This document shows positions 30,744 through 41,017 of a stretch of 64,000 nucleotides of DNA, piece by piece. Below the pieces are notes generated by a model. That model was not told where the DNA came from, ran no database searches, and worked only from the letters and a program-made list of their open reading frames with translations. Made by a program: the position numbers and the translations under genes. This DNA comes from an uncultured Clostridium sp. (GTDB taxonomy: Bacteria > Bacillota > Clostridia > TANB77 > CAG-508), in the NCBI GenBank assembly GCA_948437895.1, contig CAOJKK010000001.1:27163-91162 (forward strand), written 5' to 3'. Position 1 is the stretch's first letter; every line of letters begins with the position of its first letter.

Positions 30744-32870
30744 TTACAAGTGCAATACTCTAGATTTTATTTCTTTAGTTTTTCCTTCATTCCAGAAATT
30801 CTCTCCTAAATATCCACATGTACGTCTTGTTACATTCATTTTATTCTTATCTTTATTTCCACAGTTTGGGCATTCCCATTCTAAATCGTCATTTACAATT
30901 ATTTCGCCATCAAATCCACAAACATGACAATAATCAGATTTTGTATTGAATTCTGCATATTGAATATTATCATAGATAAATTTAACAACATCTTCTAATG
31001 CTTTTAAGTTATTTCTCATATTCGGAATTTCTATATATGAAATAGCTCCACCTGATGATAATTGTTGGAATTCACTTTCAAATGCTAATTTTTCAAATGC
31101 ATCTATATCTTCTCTTACATCTACATGATATGAATTTGTATAATATCCTTTATCTGTGATGTCTTTTATTTCTCCAAATCTTTCTTTATCTATTCTTGCA
31201 AAACGATAGCATAAACTTTCTGCTGGTGTTCCATATAGTCCAAATCCTATTCCTGTTTCTTTTTTCCATTTATCTGTTGCATCTCTTAAATGTTTCATTA
31301 CTTTAATTGCAAAATCATGACCTTCAGGAGTTGTATGTGATACACCTTTTACTAGCTTTGTTAATTCATAAATTCCAATATATCCTAATGAAATTGTTGA
31401 ATATCCATCTTTTAACAGTTTATCTATTTTCTCTCCTGAATTCATACGTGCTATTGCACCATATCTCCAGTGTATTGGACTAGTGTTACTCAAAGTTCCA
31501 AGTAGTGCATAGTGTCTGCACATTAATGCTTCTTTGCAAAGTTCCAATCTCTCATTAAATAATTCCCAGAACTTCTCTTCATCTCCATCTGCAATAATAC
31601 CAATTTGAGGTAGGTTAATACTAACAACACCTTGATTAAATCTTCCTTCAAATTTGTAATTACCATTCTCATCTTTCCAAGGAGATAGGAAACTTCTACA
31701 TCCCATTGGACTAAATACATTACCTTCATAATTTTCACACATTTTCTTTGCTGAGATATAGTCTGGATATAGTCTTTTTGAAGAGCATTTTACTGCAAGT
31801 TTTGTTAAGTAATCATATTCTCCACCTTTTAAACAGTTATGCTCATCTAATACATATATTAACTTAGGAAATGCTGGTGTTACATATACACCTTTTTCAT
31901 TTTTTATTCCTTCATATCTTTGTTTAAGTATTTCCTCTATAAGCATTGCATTTTCTTTTATATATGGGTCATCTTTCTTCAAATTCAAGAATAATGTAAC
32001 AAAAGGTGATTGTCCATTTGTTGTCATTAATGTGTTAATTTGGTACTGGATTGTTTGAACACCTGCAGATACTTCTTTTCTTAGTCTTTGGTCTGCAAGT
32101 CTTTCAATCATATCTGGCTCTAATTCATTTCCAAATTCTTTCTCTATTTGACTTCTAAACTTCTCATAGCTCTTTCTTATATATTTTCCTAAATGACTTA
32201 TATCTACAGATTGTCCACCATATTGGTTTGATGCTACTGCTGCTATTATTTGTGTCATAATTGTACATGCTACTTGAAAGCTCTTCGGAGATTCTATTAA
32301 TTTTCCATTCATTACTGTTCCATTATCTAACATATCACCTATATTTATTAAGCAACAATTAAATATTGGTTGCAAAAAGTAATCCATATCATGGAAATGA
32401 AGAATTCCATCTTCATGTGCTTTTGTAATTTTTTCAGGTAATAATATTCTTTTTGTTAAATCTTTTGAAACTTCTCCTGCTATATAGTCTCTTTGAGTTG
32501 ATGCAAGTACTGCATTTTTATTAGAGTTTTCTTCTAATAATTCTTTATTTTGATTTTTTATTAATCCAAGTATTGACTCATCTGTTGTATTTGATTTTCT
32601 AACTAATGCCCTAGTATAACGATAAATCATGTATTTTTTAGCAAGTTCAAATTTCTTTCTATCCATTAATTGCTGTTCTATAATATCTTGAATATCTTCT
32701 ACTAAAATTCTTTTTTTATCAAGGTCTTCTATATATCTTGTTATTTCTCTTATATCTTCTTTAGATAATCTGTCTTTAGATTTCACTTCATTATTAGCCT
32801 TATCTATTGCTGTTTCTATCTTTTCTCTATTATAGTCTACTGCTTTTCCATCTCTTTTTATTACTTTCAA
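30744..32870 (-). CDS. nrdD: anaerobic ribonucleoside-triphosphate reductase (class III)
   Basis: ATP-cone N-terminus, glycyl radical motif RRTCGYLG, C-terminal CPNCG zinc ribbon. Confidence 0.9.
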   Translation of the reverse strand: MKVIKRDGKAVDYNREKIETAIDKANNEVKSKDRLSKEDIREITRYIEDLDKKRILVEDIQDIIEQQLMDRKKFELAKKYMIYRYTRALVRKSNTTDESILGLIKNQNKELLEENSNKNAVLASTQRDYIAGEVSKDLTKRILLPEKITKAHEDGILHFHDMDYFLQPIFNCCLINIGDMLDNGTVMNGKLIESPKSFQVACTIMTQIIAAVASNQYGGQSVDISHLGKYIRKSYEKFRSQIEKEFGNELEPDMIERLADQRLRKEVSAGVQTIQYQINTLMTTNGQSPFVTLFLNLKKDDPYIKENAMLIEEILKQRYEGIKNEKGVYVTPAFPKLIYVLDEHNCLKGGEYDYLTKLAVKCSSKRLYPDYISAKKMCENYEGNVFSPMGCRSFLSPWKDENGNYKFEGRFNQGVVSINLPQIGIIADGDEEKFWELFNERLELCKEALMCRHYALLGTLSNTSPIHWRYGAIARMNSGEKIDKLLKDGYSTISLGYIGIYELTKLVKGVSHTTPEGHDFAIKVMKHLRDATDKWKKETGIGFGLYGTPAESLCYRFARIDKERFGEIKDITDKGYYTNSYHVDVREDIDAFEKLAFESEFQQLSSGGAISYIEIPNMRNNLKALEDVVKFIYDNIQYAEFNTKSDYCHVCGFDGEIIVNDDLEWECPNCGNKDKNKMNVTRRTCGYLGENFWNEGKTKEIKSRVLHL

Positions 32871-33006
32871 AATTAAAACCTCCTTAATTTTGTATGTTCT
32901 AATTATATATGAATAGCTGATAATTTCTGTTGCATTTGCAACTAATATGTTGATTTTTTTATTTTATTATAATATAATTTTATTAAATTATATTTTATAT
33001 TATTAA

Positions 33007-33036
33007 TGCGACAAAACCCCCGTCCCATTTGTCGCA
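33007..33036. repeat. GC-rich palindromic repeat, family B, copy 2
   Basis: TGCGACAAAACCCCCGTCCCATTTGTCGCA; creates a spurious upstream ATG for the Crp-like ORF. Confidence 0.7.
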
Positions 33037-33050
33037 TAGGAGGACATATA

Positions 33051-33668
33051 ATGGATGTTTCAAAACTTGCCCAAAATATATCAAATAATTGTGTAAAAGT
33101 ACAAAAAAAAGAGTTTCCTTCTGGAAGTGTTATTACTACTTATATGGAGAAAAGGAAACAAATTTGTATTTTACTTTCAGGAAAAGCGGATTTAATCAGA
33201 TACGATTTAAAAGGAAATAAAGATATAATTGAACGTTTTAATCAAAACGATATTTTTGGTGAAGTTTTTCATAATGTTAATACAAATAATGAATTATTTG
33301 TTGAAGCTACTAAAAACTGTGAGGTCCTTTTATTCTCTTATGATGACCTTCGTATAAAATGTAGACAAAACTGCCCATTTCATACTACTCTGATTTCAAG
33401 TATACTAGAGCTTGTATTAAATAATACTATTTCTCAAAATACTAGAATAGAAATCTTATCTAAAAGAAGTATTAGAGAAAAGCTACTTAGTTATTTTAAT
33501 ATTTTATCTAGTAAGTCTTTTAGTAAGAATATATCACTTCCGTTTTCTTTAACAGCACTAGCAGATTATTTGAGCGTTGATAGAAGTGCTATGATGAGAG
33601 AAATTAGAAATTTAATGGATGAAGGATTTATCTCAAAACAGGGGAATAGAATAAAGTTATTATATTAA
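33051..33668 (+). CDS. Crp/Fnr family transcriptional regulator
   Basis: cNMP-binding-like N-terminal domain and C-terminal HTH (LTALADYLSVDRSAMMREIRNL); AGGAGGA RBS before ATG at 33051. The ORF-track start at 33006 lies in the repeat. Confidence 0.7.
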   Translation: MDVSKLAQNISNNCVKVQKKEFPSGSVITTYMEKRKQICILLSGKADLIRYDLKGNKDIIERFNQNDIFGEVFHNVNTNNELFVEATKNCEVLLFSYDDLRIKCRQNCPFHTTLISSILELVLNNTISQNTRIEILSKRSIREKLLSYFNILSSKSFSKNISLPFSLTALADYLSVDRSAMMREIRNLMDEGFISKQGNRIKLLY

Positions 33669-33701
33669 AAAACTGTCAAATCGAATTGACAGTTTTTATT
33701 T

Positions 33702-35165
33702 CTATTTTTTTATTTTTTCTTCAAATCTATCTTTCTTTATTTCTTTAGGTACTTCTACCGGGTATTTGCCTGTAAAGCATCCCATACAGAAGTCTTCCAT
33801 ATTGCACTCTTTAACTATTTCTCTTAAATTTTCAATGCTTAGATATTCCAAGCTATCTGCATCTATAATTTGTCTTATTTCTTCCACTGATCTACCATTT
33901 GCAATTAGGTTTTCTTTATTGTCTATATCTGTTCCGAAATAGCAAACATCTATAAATGCTGGTGATGCAATTCTTAAATGTACTTCTTTAGCTCCTGCTT
34001 TTCTTAAAGTTTTTACAATACCTGTTAAAGTAGTTCCTCTAACTATTGAATCATCTATTAAAACTATTTTTTTACCTCTTATACTATTTTTTAATGGATT
34101 TAGTTTTAGTGCAACTAATTTTGTTCTTTTATTTTGTGTGTTTTGTATAAATGTTCTTCCTATGTATTTACTTTTTGTAAATACCAAGTCATATGGAATT
34201 TTGGATTCCTTTGAATAACCTAAAGCTGCATCTACACCAGAATCTGGTACAGCAGCAACAATGTCTGCATCTGTTGGTAATTGTTTTGCTAAATATCTTC
34301 CTGCTTTTTCTCTAAATTCATGTACACTCATTCCTTCTAATATTGAGTCTGGTCTTGCAAAATATATATATTCAAATACACACATTCCTTTTTTCTCTTT
34401 GCTATCATATTCTATAGATTCTATTTTACCATCTTTTACAACGATTATTTCTCCAGGTTTTACATCTCTTATAAATTCTGCTCCACATATATCTAAAGCA
34501 CAACTTTCAGATGCAAATATAATCTTATCATCAAGTTTTCCCATACATAATGGTTTAAATCCTTGTGGATCTCTTGCAGCTATTAACTTTTGTGGTGACA
34601 TTAACACTAATGAATAAGCTCCTTTTAATACTTTCATTGTATTAGCTATTGCTTCTTCTGTAGATTTTGCTTTTAATCTTTCTCTTACTATTACATGACA
34701 TATTACTTCTGTATCATTAGTAGTAGTAAATATTGCTCCATTATCTTCTAATTCTTGTTTTAAATCAATAGCATTTGTAATGTTTCCATTATGGGCTAAT
34801 GCTAAATTACCTTTTTTATGTCTTATTACCATTGGTTGAGCATTTTCCTTTCTAGATGCACCTGTGGTTGAGTATCTTACATGTCCAATTGCCATGTTTC
34901 CCTCTGGTAATTTACCAACTACTTCATTTGTAAATACTTCTGATACTAATCCCTGATCTTTATGAAATGAAATTACTCCGTCTGTATTAACTGCTATTCC
35001 ACAGCTTTCTTCTCCTCTATGTTGAAGTCCTGATAATCCTACACATGTTATATATGCTAACTTTTCTGGTTTTGGAGAATATACTCCAAACACTCCACAT
35101 TCTTCTTTAATTTCATCAAACATTAAAAGTTCCTCCATCCATTTTACATCCATTTTGAAAATCAC
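33702..35165 (-). CDS. purF: amidophosphoribosyltransferase
   Basis: Ntn Cys (CGVFGV), PRTase motif, C-terminal Fe-S cysteines; start may be the downstream Met (MFDEIKEECGVFG). Confidence 0.9.
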   Translation of the reverse strand: MIFKMDVKWMEELLMFDEIKEECGVFGVYSPKPEKLAYITCVGLSGLQHRGEESCGIAVNTDGVISFHKDQGLVSEVFTNEVVGKLPEGNMAIGHVRYSTTGASRKENAQPMVIRHKKGNLALAHNGNITNAIDLKQELEDNGAIFTTTNDTEVICHVIVRERLKAKSTEEAIANTMKVLKGAYSLVLMSPQKLIAARDPQGFKPLCMGKLDDKIIFASESCALDICGAEFIRDVKPGEIIVVKDGKIESIEYDSKEKKGMCVFEYIYFARPDSILEGMSVHEFREKAGRYLAKQLPTDADIVAAVPDSGVDAALGYSKESKIPYDLVFTKSKYIGRTFIQNTQNKRTKLVALKLNPLKNSIRGKKIVLIDDSIVRGTTLTGIVKTLRKAGAKEVHLRIASPAFIDVCYFGTDIDNKENLIANGRSVEEIRQIIDADSLEYLSIENLREIVKECNMEDFCMGCFTGKYPVEVPKEIKKDRFEEKIKK

Positions 35166-35289
35166 TTTTAATTATAATTGGTATTTACAAAAAAGTACAG
35201 TCTTTTTTTAAAATTGACATTATTTTCTTATAATGCTATAATTTTCCCATATTTAAACACGAGTTTATAACTCAAATGGAGGTTTTAAA

Positions 35290-35870
35290 ATGTACAATTT
35301 AGTTTTATTTGCTTCTCGGTAATGGCACAACTCTTCAAAGTGTTATAGATAACATAGCAAATGGAACACTAAATGCAAAAATAAATTTAGTTGTTTCTGA
35401 TAATAAAGATGCATATGCACTTAAAAGAGCTGAAGAAAGTAATATTCCTACTTATATAATAGAAAATAAAACATCAGAGGAAATAGATGTAGAATTAGAA
35501 AATGTATTAAAAAAATATGATATAGATTTAATAGTTTTAGCCCGGATATTTAAAATTAATAGGAAAAAGATTAGTAAATAACTATACTATTATTAATACA
35601 CATCCATCACTTCTTCCTAAATTTGGTGGAAAAGGTATGTATGGTATGAATGTTCACAGAGCAGTCGTTGGATCTAAAGAAAAGATTAGTGGCCCTACAG
35701 TTCACTATGTAAATGATAAATATGACGAAGGAAATATAATATCACAAACAGTAGTTGAGTTAGATGAAAATGAAACTCCTGATAGTTTATCAGCTAAGGT
35801 TCAAGCTGTAGAAAAAATTCAACTTACAAAAGTTTTAAAAGAGTTTATATGTAAAAAGAACAAAGCATAA
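35290..35870 (+). pseudogene. purN: phosphoribosylglycinamide formyltransferase carrying two single-base frameshifts (near 35318 and 35565)
   Basis: MYNLVLFAS then, in shifted frame, GNGTTLQSVIDNI...; after ...LARIFKI the frame shifts again in an A-run to ...GKRLVNNYTIINTHPSLLPKFGG... All three pieces match PurN consensus. Confidence 0.7.
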
Positions 35871-35903
35871 ATTAACTGCTTTGTTCTTTTTTATTTTCTA
35901 AAC

Positions 35904-35962
35904 ATATGCATATTCTGGGACAAAATGTCCCAGTCAGAAACGTCCCTTTTGGGACATTAGTT
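35904..35962. repeat. GC-rich palindromic repeat, family A, copy 1 (TGGGACAAAATGTCCCA + GTCCCTTTTGGGAC hairpins)
   Basis: ~90% identical to 46124..46182; between convergent purN and ftsH; its terminal TTA supplies the ftsH stop codon. Confidence 0.7.
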
Positions 35963-37762
35963 AAAAATCTCTTGGAATTCGTCTCCATCGATTTTTTCTT
36001 TTTCTAATAGTCTTTCTGCTACTGCTGTTAGTTTATCCATATTGTTGCTTAAAATCTCTCTAGCTGTAGTATACGCTTTGTCAATAATTCTTTTTACTTC
36101 TTCGTCTATTAGGCTAGCTGTTTCTTCGCTATAGTCTTTTGATTGTGCTAAGTCTCTACCTAAGAATACTTCTCCTCCATCAGAACCGAATGTAATTGTT
36201 CCTACTCTTTCACTCATTCCGTATTTTGTTACCATTTCTCTTGCAATCTTTGTTGCTCTTTCGATATCATTACTTGCTCCTGTAGATATATCATCTAATG
36301 CTAAGCTTTCTGCTACTCTACCACCTAATAATGATACGATATTTTCTTCCATTTCTGATTTAGACATGAAGTTTTTATCTTCATCTGGTTTATACATTGT
36401 GTATCCACCAGCCATACCACGTGGCACTATTGATATTTGATGTACATTATCTTGTGTAGGTAAGAATCTACTTACAACAGCATGACCAGCTTCATGGAAT
36501 GCTACTAATTTATTTTCTTTTTCACTTCTTACTCTACTCTTCTTTTCTGGTCCCATTGTTACTTTTATCATTGCATCTTCAATTTCAGCCATTCCAATTT
36601 CGTTTTTATTTCTTCTTGCTGCAAGAAGTGCTGCTTCGTTTAATACATTCTCTAAATCTGCTCCAGCAAATCCTGCTGTGTTTTTTGCTATTGTTCTTAA
36701 ATCTACATCATCTGCTATTCTTTTCTTTCTGCTATGAACTTCTAATATTTCTTCTCTAGCTTTTACATCTGGTGCTGATACTACTATTTGTCTATCAAAT
36801 CTACCTGGACGTAGTAATGCTTTATCTAATACGTCTGGTCTGTTTGTTGCAGCAAGTACTATAACACCTTCATTTGTACCAAATCCGTCCATTTCAACTA
36901 ATAATTGATTTAATGTTTGTTCTCTTTCATCATGTCCTCCACCAAGTCCTGCACCTCTTTGACGTCCAACTGCATCTATCTCGTCTATAAATATTATACA
37001 AGGAGCATTTCTTTTTGCTTGTTCGAATAAATCTCTTACTCTTGATGCACCAACACCAACAAACATTTCAACGAAATCAGAACCACTTATTATAAAGAAT
37101 GGTACTCCTGCTTCTCCTGCTACTGCTTTAGCAAGTAATGTTTTACCTGTACCTGGTTGACCAACCAATAAAACACCTTTTGGAATTCTTGCACCCATAT
37201 CTGTAAACTTCTTAGGTGATTTTAAGAATTCTACTATTTCTTGTAATTCTTCTTTTTCTTCATCTACTCCAGCTACATCATTAAAAGTAATTTTAGTTTT
37301 TTCTGTTGTACCCATCATTCTTGCTCTACTTTTTCCGAATGACATAGTTTTGTTTCCAGCTCCACCTTGATTATTTCCCATAATTAAGAACCAGAATAGG
37401 AAGAAAATTATTACTATTCCAAATGGTGATAATAAACTTAATATTGTAATTATTGTTGATTGTGATTTTTCTTCTAATGTGAAGCTTCCTTCTGCTAAAT
37501 AATTACTTATTCTATCCATAAAGCTATCTACACTTGGTATATTAACTTCTTTTTCAAATTTCGGATTATCTTTTAATGTAACATATGCTTTTACACCATC
37601 TGATGTAAGCTCTATATTTTCAACTTTTCCACTTTCTATTGCAAGCATTAATTCTGAATATTTCATTTTGTTTTGAGAATTATCCATTACTGAGGATATT
37701 ACTACTATAAATATGATTCCTAAAATTAACCACATTGCTAATGTTTTCAAACTCTTCTTCAT
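35957..37762 (-). CDS. ftsH: ATP-dependent zinc metalloprotease FtsH
   Basis: N-terminal TMs, Walker [18 protein letters not shown] zinc motif. Confidence 0.95.
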   Translation of the reverse strand: MKKSLKTLAMWLILGIIFIVVISSVMDNSQNKMKYSELMLAIESGKVENIELTSDGVKAYVTLKDNPKFEKEVNIPSVDSFMDRISNYLAEGSFTLEEKSQSTIITILSLLSPFGIVIIFFLFWFLIMGNNQGGAGNKTMSFGKSRARMMGTTEKTKITFNDVAGVDEEKEELQEIVEFLKSPKKFTDMGARIPKGVLLVGQPGTGKTLLAKAVAGEAGVPFFIISGSDFVEMFVGVGASRVRDLFEQAKRNAPCIIFIDEIDAVGRQRGAGLGGGHDEREQTLNQLLVEMDGFGTNEGVIVLAATNRPDVLDKALLRPGRFDRQIVVSAPDVKAREEILEVHSRKKRIADDVDLRTIAKNTAGFAGADLENVLNEAALLAARRNKNEIGMAEIEDAMIKVTMGPEKKSRVRSEKENKLVAFHEAGHAVVSRFLPTQDNVHQISIVPRGMAGGYTMYKPDEDKNFMSKSEMEENIVSLLGGRVAESLALDDISTGASNDIERATKIAREMVTKYGMSERVGTITFGSDGGEVFLGRDLAQSKDYSEETASLIDEEVKRIIDKAYTTAREILSNNMDKLTAVAERLLEKEKIDGDEFQEIFN

Positions 37763-37888
37763 TTCAAATCTCCTTTAAACATCTTTTATTATGTATGAAA
37801 TATAACATATCGAATTTTTAATTACAATACTTTTTGGTAAAGTTTTTTCTTGCAATCCCTTGTGTATCAAGGTTTTGCTTACGGAAGC

Positions 37889-38875
37889 TTAACCTAAAGC
37901 TATAAAAAAAATTTTCCCTTTTTTTACTAAAACTTTTAAATTTTTAATAGGGCTTAAATATTTATTACCAATATTATTATTACATAGTTCTATAATGTCA
38001 TCTATATTAACTTTTTCTATTCCTGTTGTAGATGATAAAAGTTCATTAATAGTATATAGTATAACCCTTCTTTTTATTACTAATTCTAATTTATTAAAGT
38101 CTTTTAAATTTAATACATAACTATTATTTGCTTTTTCTAATAGTAACTTATTAAATTCATTTTCTGTTACTTTATTTAAGTATTCATTCTCTTCGTTTGC
38201 AACTTCTGATAATCTATTTATTGTTTTTATTATATTAGGATTAAATTCTTGTTTTATATACGGAATAACGATATTCCTGATTTTGTTTCTTGTATAAATA
38301 TTCTCATTGTTTGATTTATCTATTCTTGGTTCTAATTTATTGGTTTTACAATACTCTTCTATTTCTTCTCTTGATGTATTTATTAATGGTCTAATATACA
38401 TGTTATCTCTTATTGCTTCAATTCCTTTTAGTCCTGAAGTTCCGCTTCCTCTTAAAATATTCATTAATATAGTTTCTACTTTATCATTATTATTATGCGC
38501 TGTTGCTATTTTATTTGAATTTGTTTTTTCTAAAATTTCATTAAAAAATTCATATCTTATTTGTCTTCCAGTTTCTTCTGTTCCTCTTTTTAAATTATTT
38601 GCAATTTCTACTACATCTATTCTTTTTATATAACATTCTATTCCTAGATTTTTGCAAAACTCTTTTACGTATTCAGTCTCTTCATCTGCTTCTTCTCTTA
38701 TCATATGATTTATATGTGCTACATAAATTTTAAAATTTAATTCATTTTTTATTTCATTTAATATATGTAATAGACAAATTGAATCTGGTCCACCAGATAC
38801 CCCTATTACTATAGAATCGTTTTCTTTTATTAGTTTATATTTTTTTATTGTATCGATTACTTGTTCTTTTAACAT
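37889..38875 (-). CDS. tilS: tRNA(Ile)-lysidine synthetase
   Basis: PP-loop VSGGPDSICLLHIL. Confidence 0.85.
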   Translation of the reverse strand: MLKEQVIDTIKKYKLIKENDSIVIGVSGGPDSICLLHILNEIKNELNFKIYVAHINHMIREEADEETEYVKEFCKNLGIECYIKRIDVVEIANNLKRGTEETGRQIRYEFFNEILEKTNSNKIATAHNNNDKVETILMNILRGSGTSGLKGIEAIRDNMYIRPLINTSREEIEEYCKTNKLEPRIDKSNNENIYTRNKIRNIVIPYIKQEFNPNIIKTINRLSEVANEENEYLNKVTENEFNKLLLEKANNSYVLNLKDFNKLELVIKRRVILYTINELLSSTTGIEKVNIDDIIELCNNNIGNKYLSPIKNLKVLVKKGKIFFIALG

Positions 38876-38895
38876 ATTTTCTCCTATTTTAATTT

Positions 38896-38917
38896 AGGGT
38901 TGCCTAAAAGCAACCCT
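38896..38917 (-). terminator. hairpin (AGGGTTGC-CTAAAA-GCAACCCT) between dnaB and tilS; possible attenuator/processing structure
   Basis: Perfect 8-bp GC-containing stem 5 nt after dnaB stop; no clear U-run. Confidence 0.3.
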
Positions 38918-38921
38918 AATA

Positions 38922-40254
38922 TTATTCTCTATATTTTTCTATATTAACAAATTTAGTATAACTTCCAAGCCACAATAATTCTACTGTTCCTGTTGATCCA
39001 CCTCTATGTTTTGCCATAATTACTTCTGCTATATTTTTCTTTTCTGAATCTGGGTTATAGTAATCATCTCTATATAAAAACATTACTATATCAGCATCTT
39101 GTTCTATCGCTCCAGATTCACGAAGGTCTGAAAGCATTGGTCTATGATCTGTTCTTTGTTCTGCAGCCCTTGATAATTGTGATAATGCAATTACTGGAAC
39201 ATCTAATTCTTTTGCTAATATTTTAAGTGATCTACTTATTTCAGAAATTTCTTGTTCACGACTAGAATTTCTTTTTCCTGTTCCTTGTATTAATTGTAAA
39301 TAATCTATTACTACAAGTCCTATATTTTTTTCCATCTTTAGTTTTCTACATTTTGCCCTTATTTCTGTAATGCTTATTCCCGGTGTATCATCAATGTATA
39401 TAGGTGCTTCTGAAAGAGGTCCTAAAGCTGTTGCAAGTTTTACCCAATCATCTTCTTCAATTTTTCCTGTTCTTATTTTATTGCTATCAACCATAGCCTC
39501 ACTGCAAAGCATTCTGTTTACAAGCTGACTCTTTGACATTTCAAGGTTAAATATTACAACTGGAACCTTTGCTTGAAGTGCTGCGTTTGTTGCTATATTT
39601 AATGCAAATGCAGATTTACCCATAGCTGGTCTTGCAGCAACTAATACTAAATCAGAATTATGAAGCCCGAGCTGTTTTATAGTCTAAATCTGCAAATCCT
39701 GTTGGAATACCTGTTATTGGCTCTTTTTGATTATATAGTTTTTCTATCTCTGCAAAGCTCTCTACCAAAATATCTTTTAATGCAGCATATCCTTTTTGAT
39801 TCTTCCCTTGTGAAATCTCGAATACCTTTTTTTCAGCTTGATCAAGAATGGCATCTAGCTCTTCCGTCTGATCATATCCTAAATCTATAAGTTCATTAGA
39901 AGCTTTTATTAATCTTCTTAAGACTGATTTCTCTTCAACTATTTTTATATATCTGTCTACATTTGCAGTTGTTGGAACTTTATCTGGTAATACTGCCAAA
40001 TATTCTAATCCTCCAACAGCTTCAAGCTTTCCTAAAGATGTTAATTCTGATTTAACTGTAATTATATCTATAGGTTCTGCTCTATTATATAAGTTTAATA
40101 TTGCTTCATATATTGTTTTATTATCTTGTCTATAGAAATCATCTGGTTTTAATACTTCAACGCTATCAATTACTGCATCCTTATCTGTAAGCATACTTCC
40201 TATTACTGCTTGTTCTGCATCAATATCATGTGGTGGTATTTTTCCTAACTCCAT
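38922..40254 (-). pseudogene. dnaB: replicative DNA helicase DnaB interrupted by a single-base frameshift near 39640 (probably a sequence error)
   Basis: ORF 39658..40254 is the DnaB N-terminal domain, ORF 38922..39623 the RecA-like C-terminal domain; the shifted frame across the gap reads [27 protein letters not shown], the DnaB Walker A region. Confidence 0.85.
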
Positions 40255-40267
40255 TTTATTCTCCTTT

Positions 40268-40352
40268 ATTTGTAAGGGGACGCATCTTTCCCCTTGGTCT
40301 CTCTATAGGGATAAGATACATCCCCATCCTTAAACCCCTAGTGATGTCAATA
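40268..40352 (-). repeat. ~85-bp structured intergenic element, family C, copy 1 (rplI-dnaB spacer)
   Basis: Near-identical to 55165..55256; contains hairpins AAGGGGA-CGCATCTT-TCCCCTT and TAAGGAT-N13-ATCCTTA plus a GTGATGTCA tail. Confidence 0.65.
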
Positions 40353-40361
40353 TTCAAAATC

Positions 40362-40808
40362 TTACTCTGCTTTTATATCTAGAGCTAGATTAGCTGATAC
40401 TCCATCTCCGAATTTAATATCTACTGAAAATCTTCCAATATTTTTTATTGTTTCTTTTAAGATTATCTTCTTCTTATCTATTTCCATTTTATATTGTTTT
40501 TTTAATTCTTCTGATATTTCTTTAGAAGTAACTCCTCCAAATATTTTTCCATTCGCTCCTGCTTTTACTTTTATTTCTAAAGTTATATCTTTCAATTTAT
40601 CTGCTTGTTTTTTAAATTCTTCTATCTCTAAATTCTTTTTATGTTTTTGAGAATCCTTTTTGGCTTGCAACTTTAATAAATTATCTTTAGTTGCTTCTAA
40701 TGCTAAATTTTTAGGAAATAAAAAGTTTCTTGCATATCCATCATTTGCATTTATTATCTCATCTTTCTTTCCTACATTTTTTATATCTTGTAATAATATA
40801 ACTTTCAT
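40362..40808 (-). CDS. rplI: 50S ribosomal protein L9
   Basis: [36 protein letters not shown]... Confidence 0.9.
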   Translation of the reverse strand: MKVILLQDIKNVGKKDEIINANDGYARNFLFPKNLALEATKDNLLKLQAKKDSQKHKKNLEIEEFKKQADKLKDITLEIKVKAGANGKIFGGVTSKEISEELKKQYKMEIDKKKIILKETIKNIGRFSVDIKFGDGVSANLALDIKAE

Positions 40809-40960
40809 TTAACCTCTCCTTTTATATACCTCTAGTGAATTCTATCACATTTACAAGAGTTTATCAAGTTTTGTATGTTTTTTTGAAAGTAATAAAGGTA
40901 CATTTATATGCATAATATTACTCCTAAGGTAAATATTGATTTATAAATTATTGTTTCTTC

Positions 40961-40989
40961 TTGACGTAATTTGTAGATTAACATATAAT
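40961..40989 (+). promoter_or_regulatory. sigma-A promoter for the PAPS-reductase/ParB-like operon
   Basis: TTGACG -17- TATAAT. Confidence 0.5.
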
Positions 40990-41017
40990 TAGCATGAAAG
41001 GAAGTTGAATTTTACCT

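Noticed and set aside
33006-33050. N-terminal extension MRQNPRPICRIGGHI of the Crp-like ORF
   Set aside because: Encoded by the family B repeat; a proper RBS (AGGAGGA) precedes the ATG at 33051.
38922-40254. Programmed ribosomal frameshifting in dnaB
   Set aside because: No slippery heptamer or stimulatory structure at the junction; several other unrelated genes show similar single-base shifts, so assembly error is more parsimonious.
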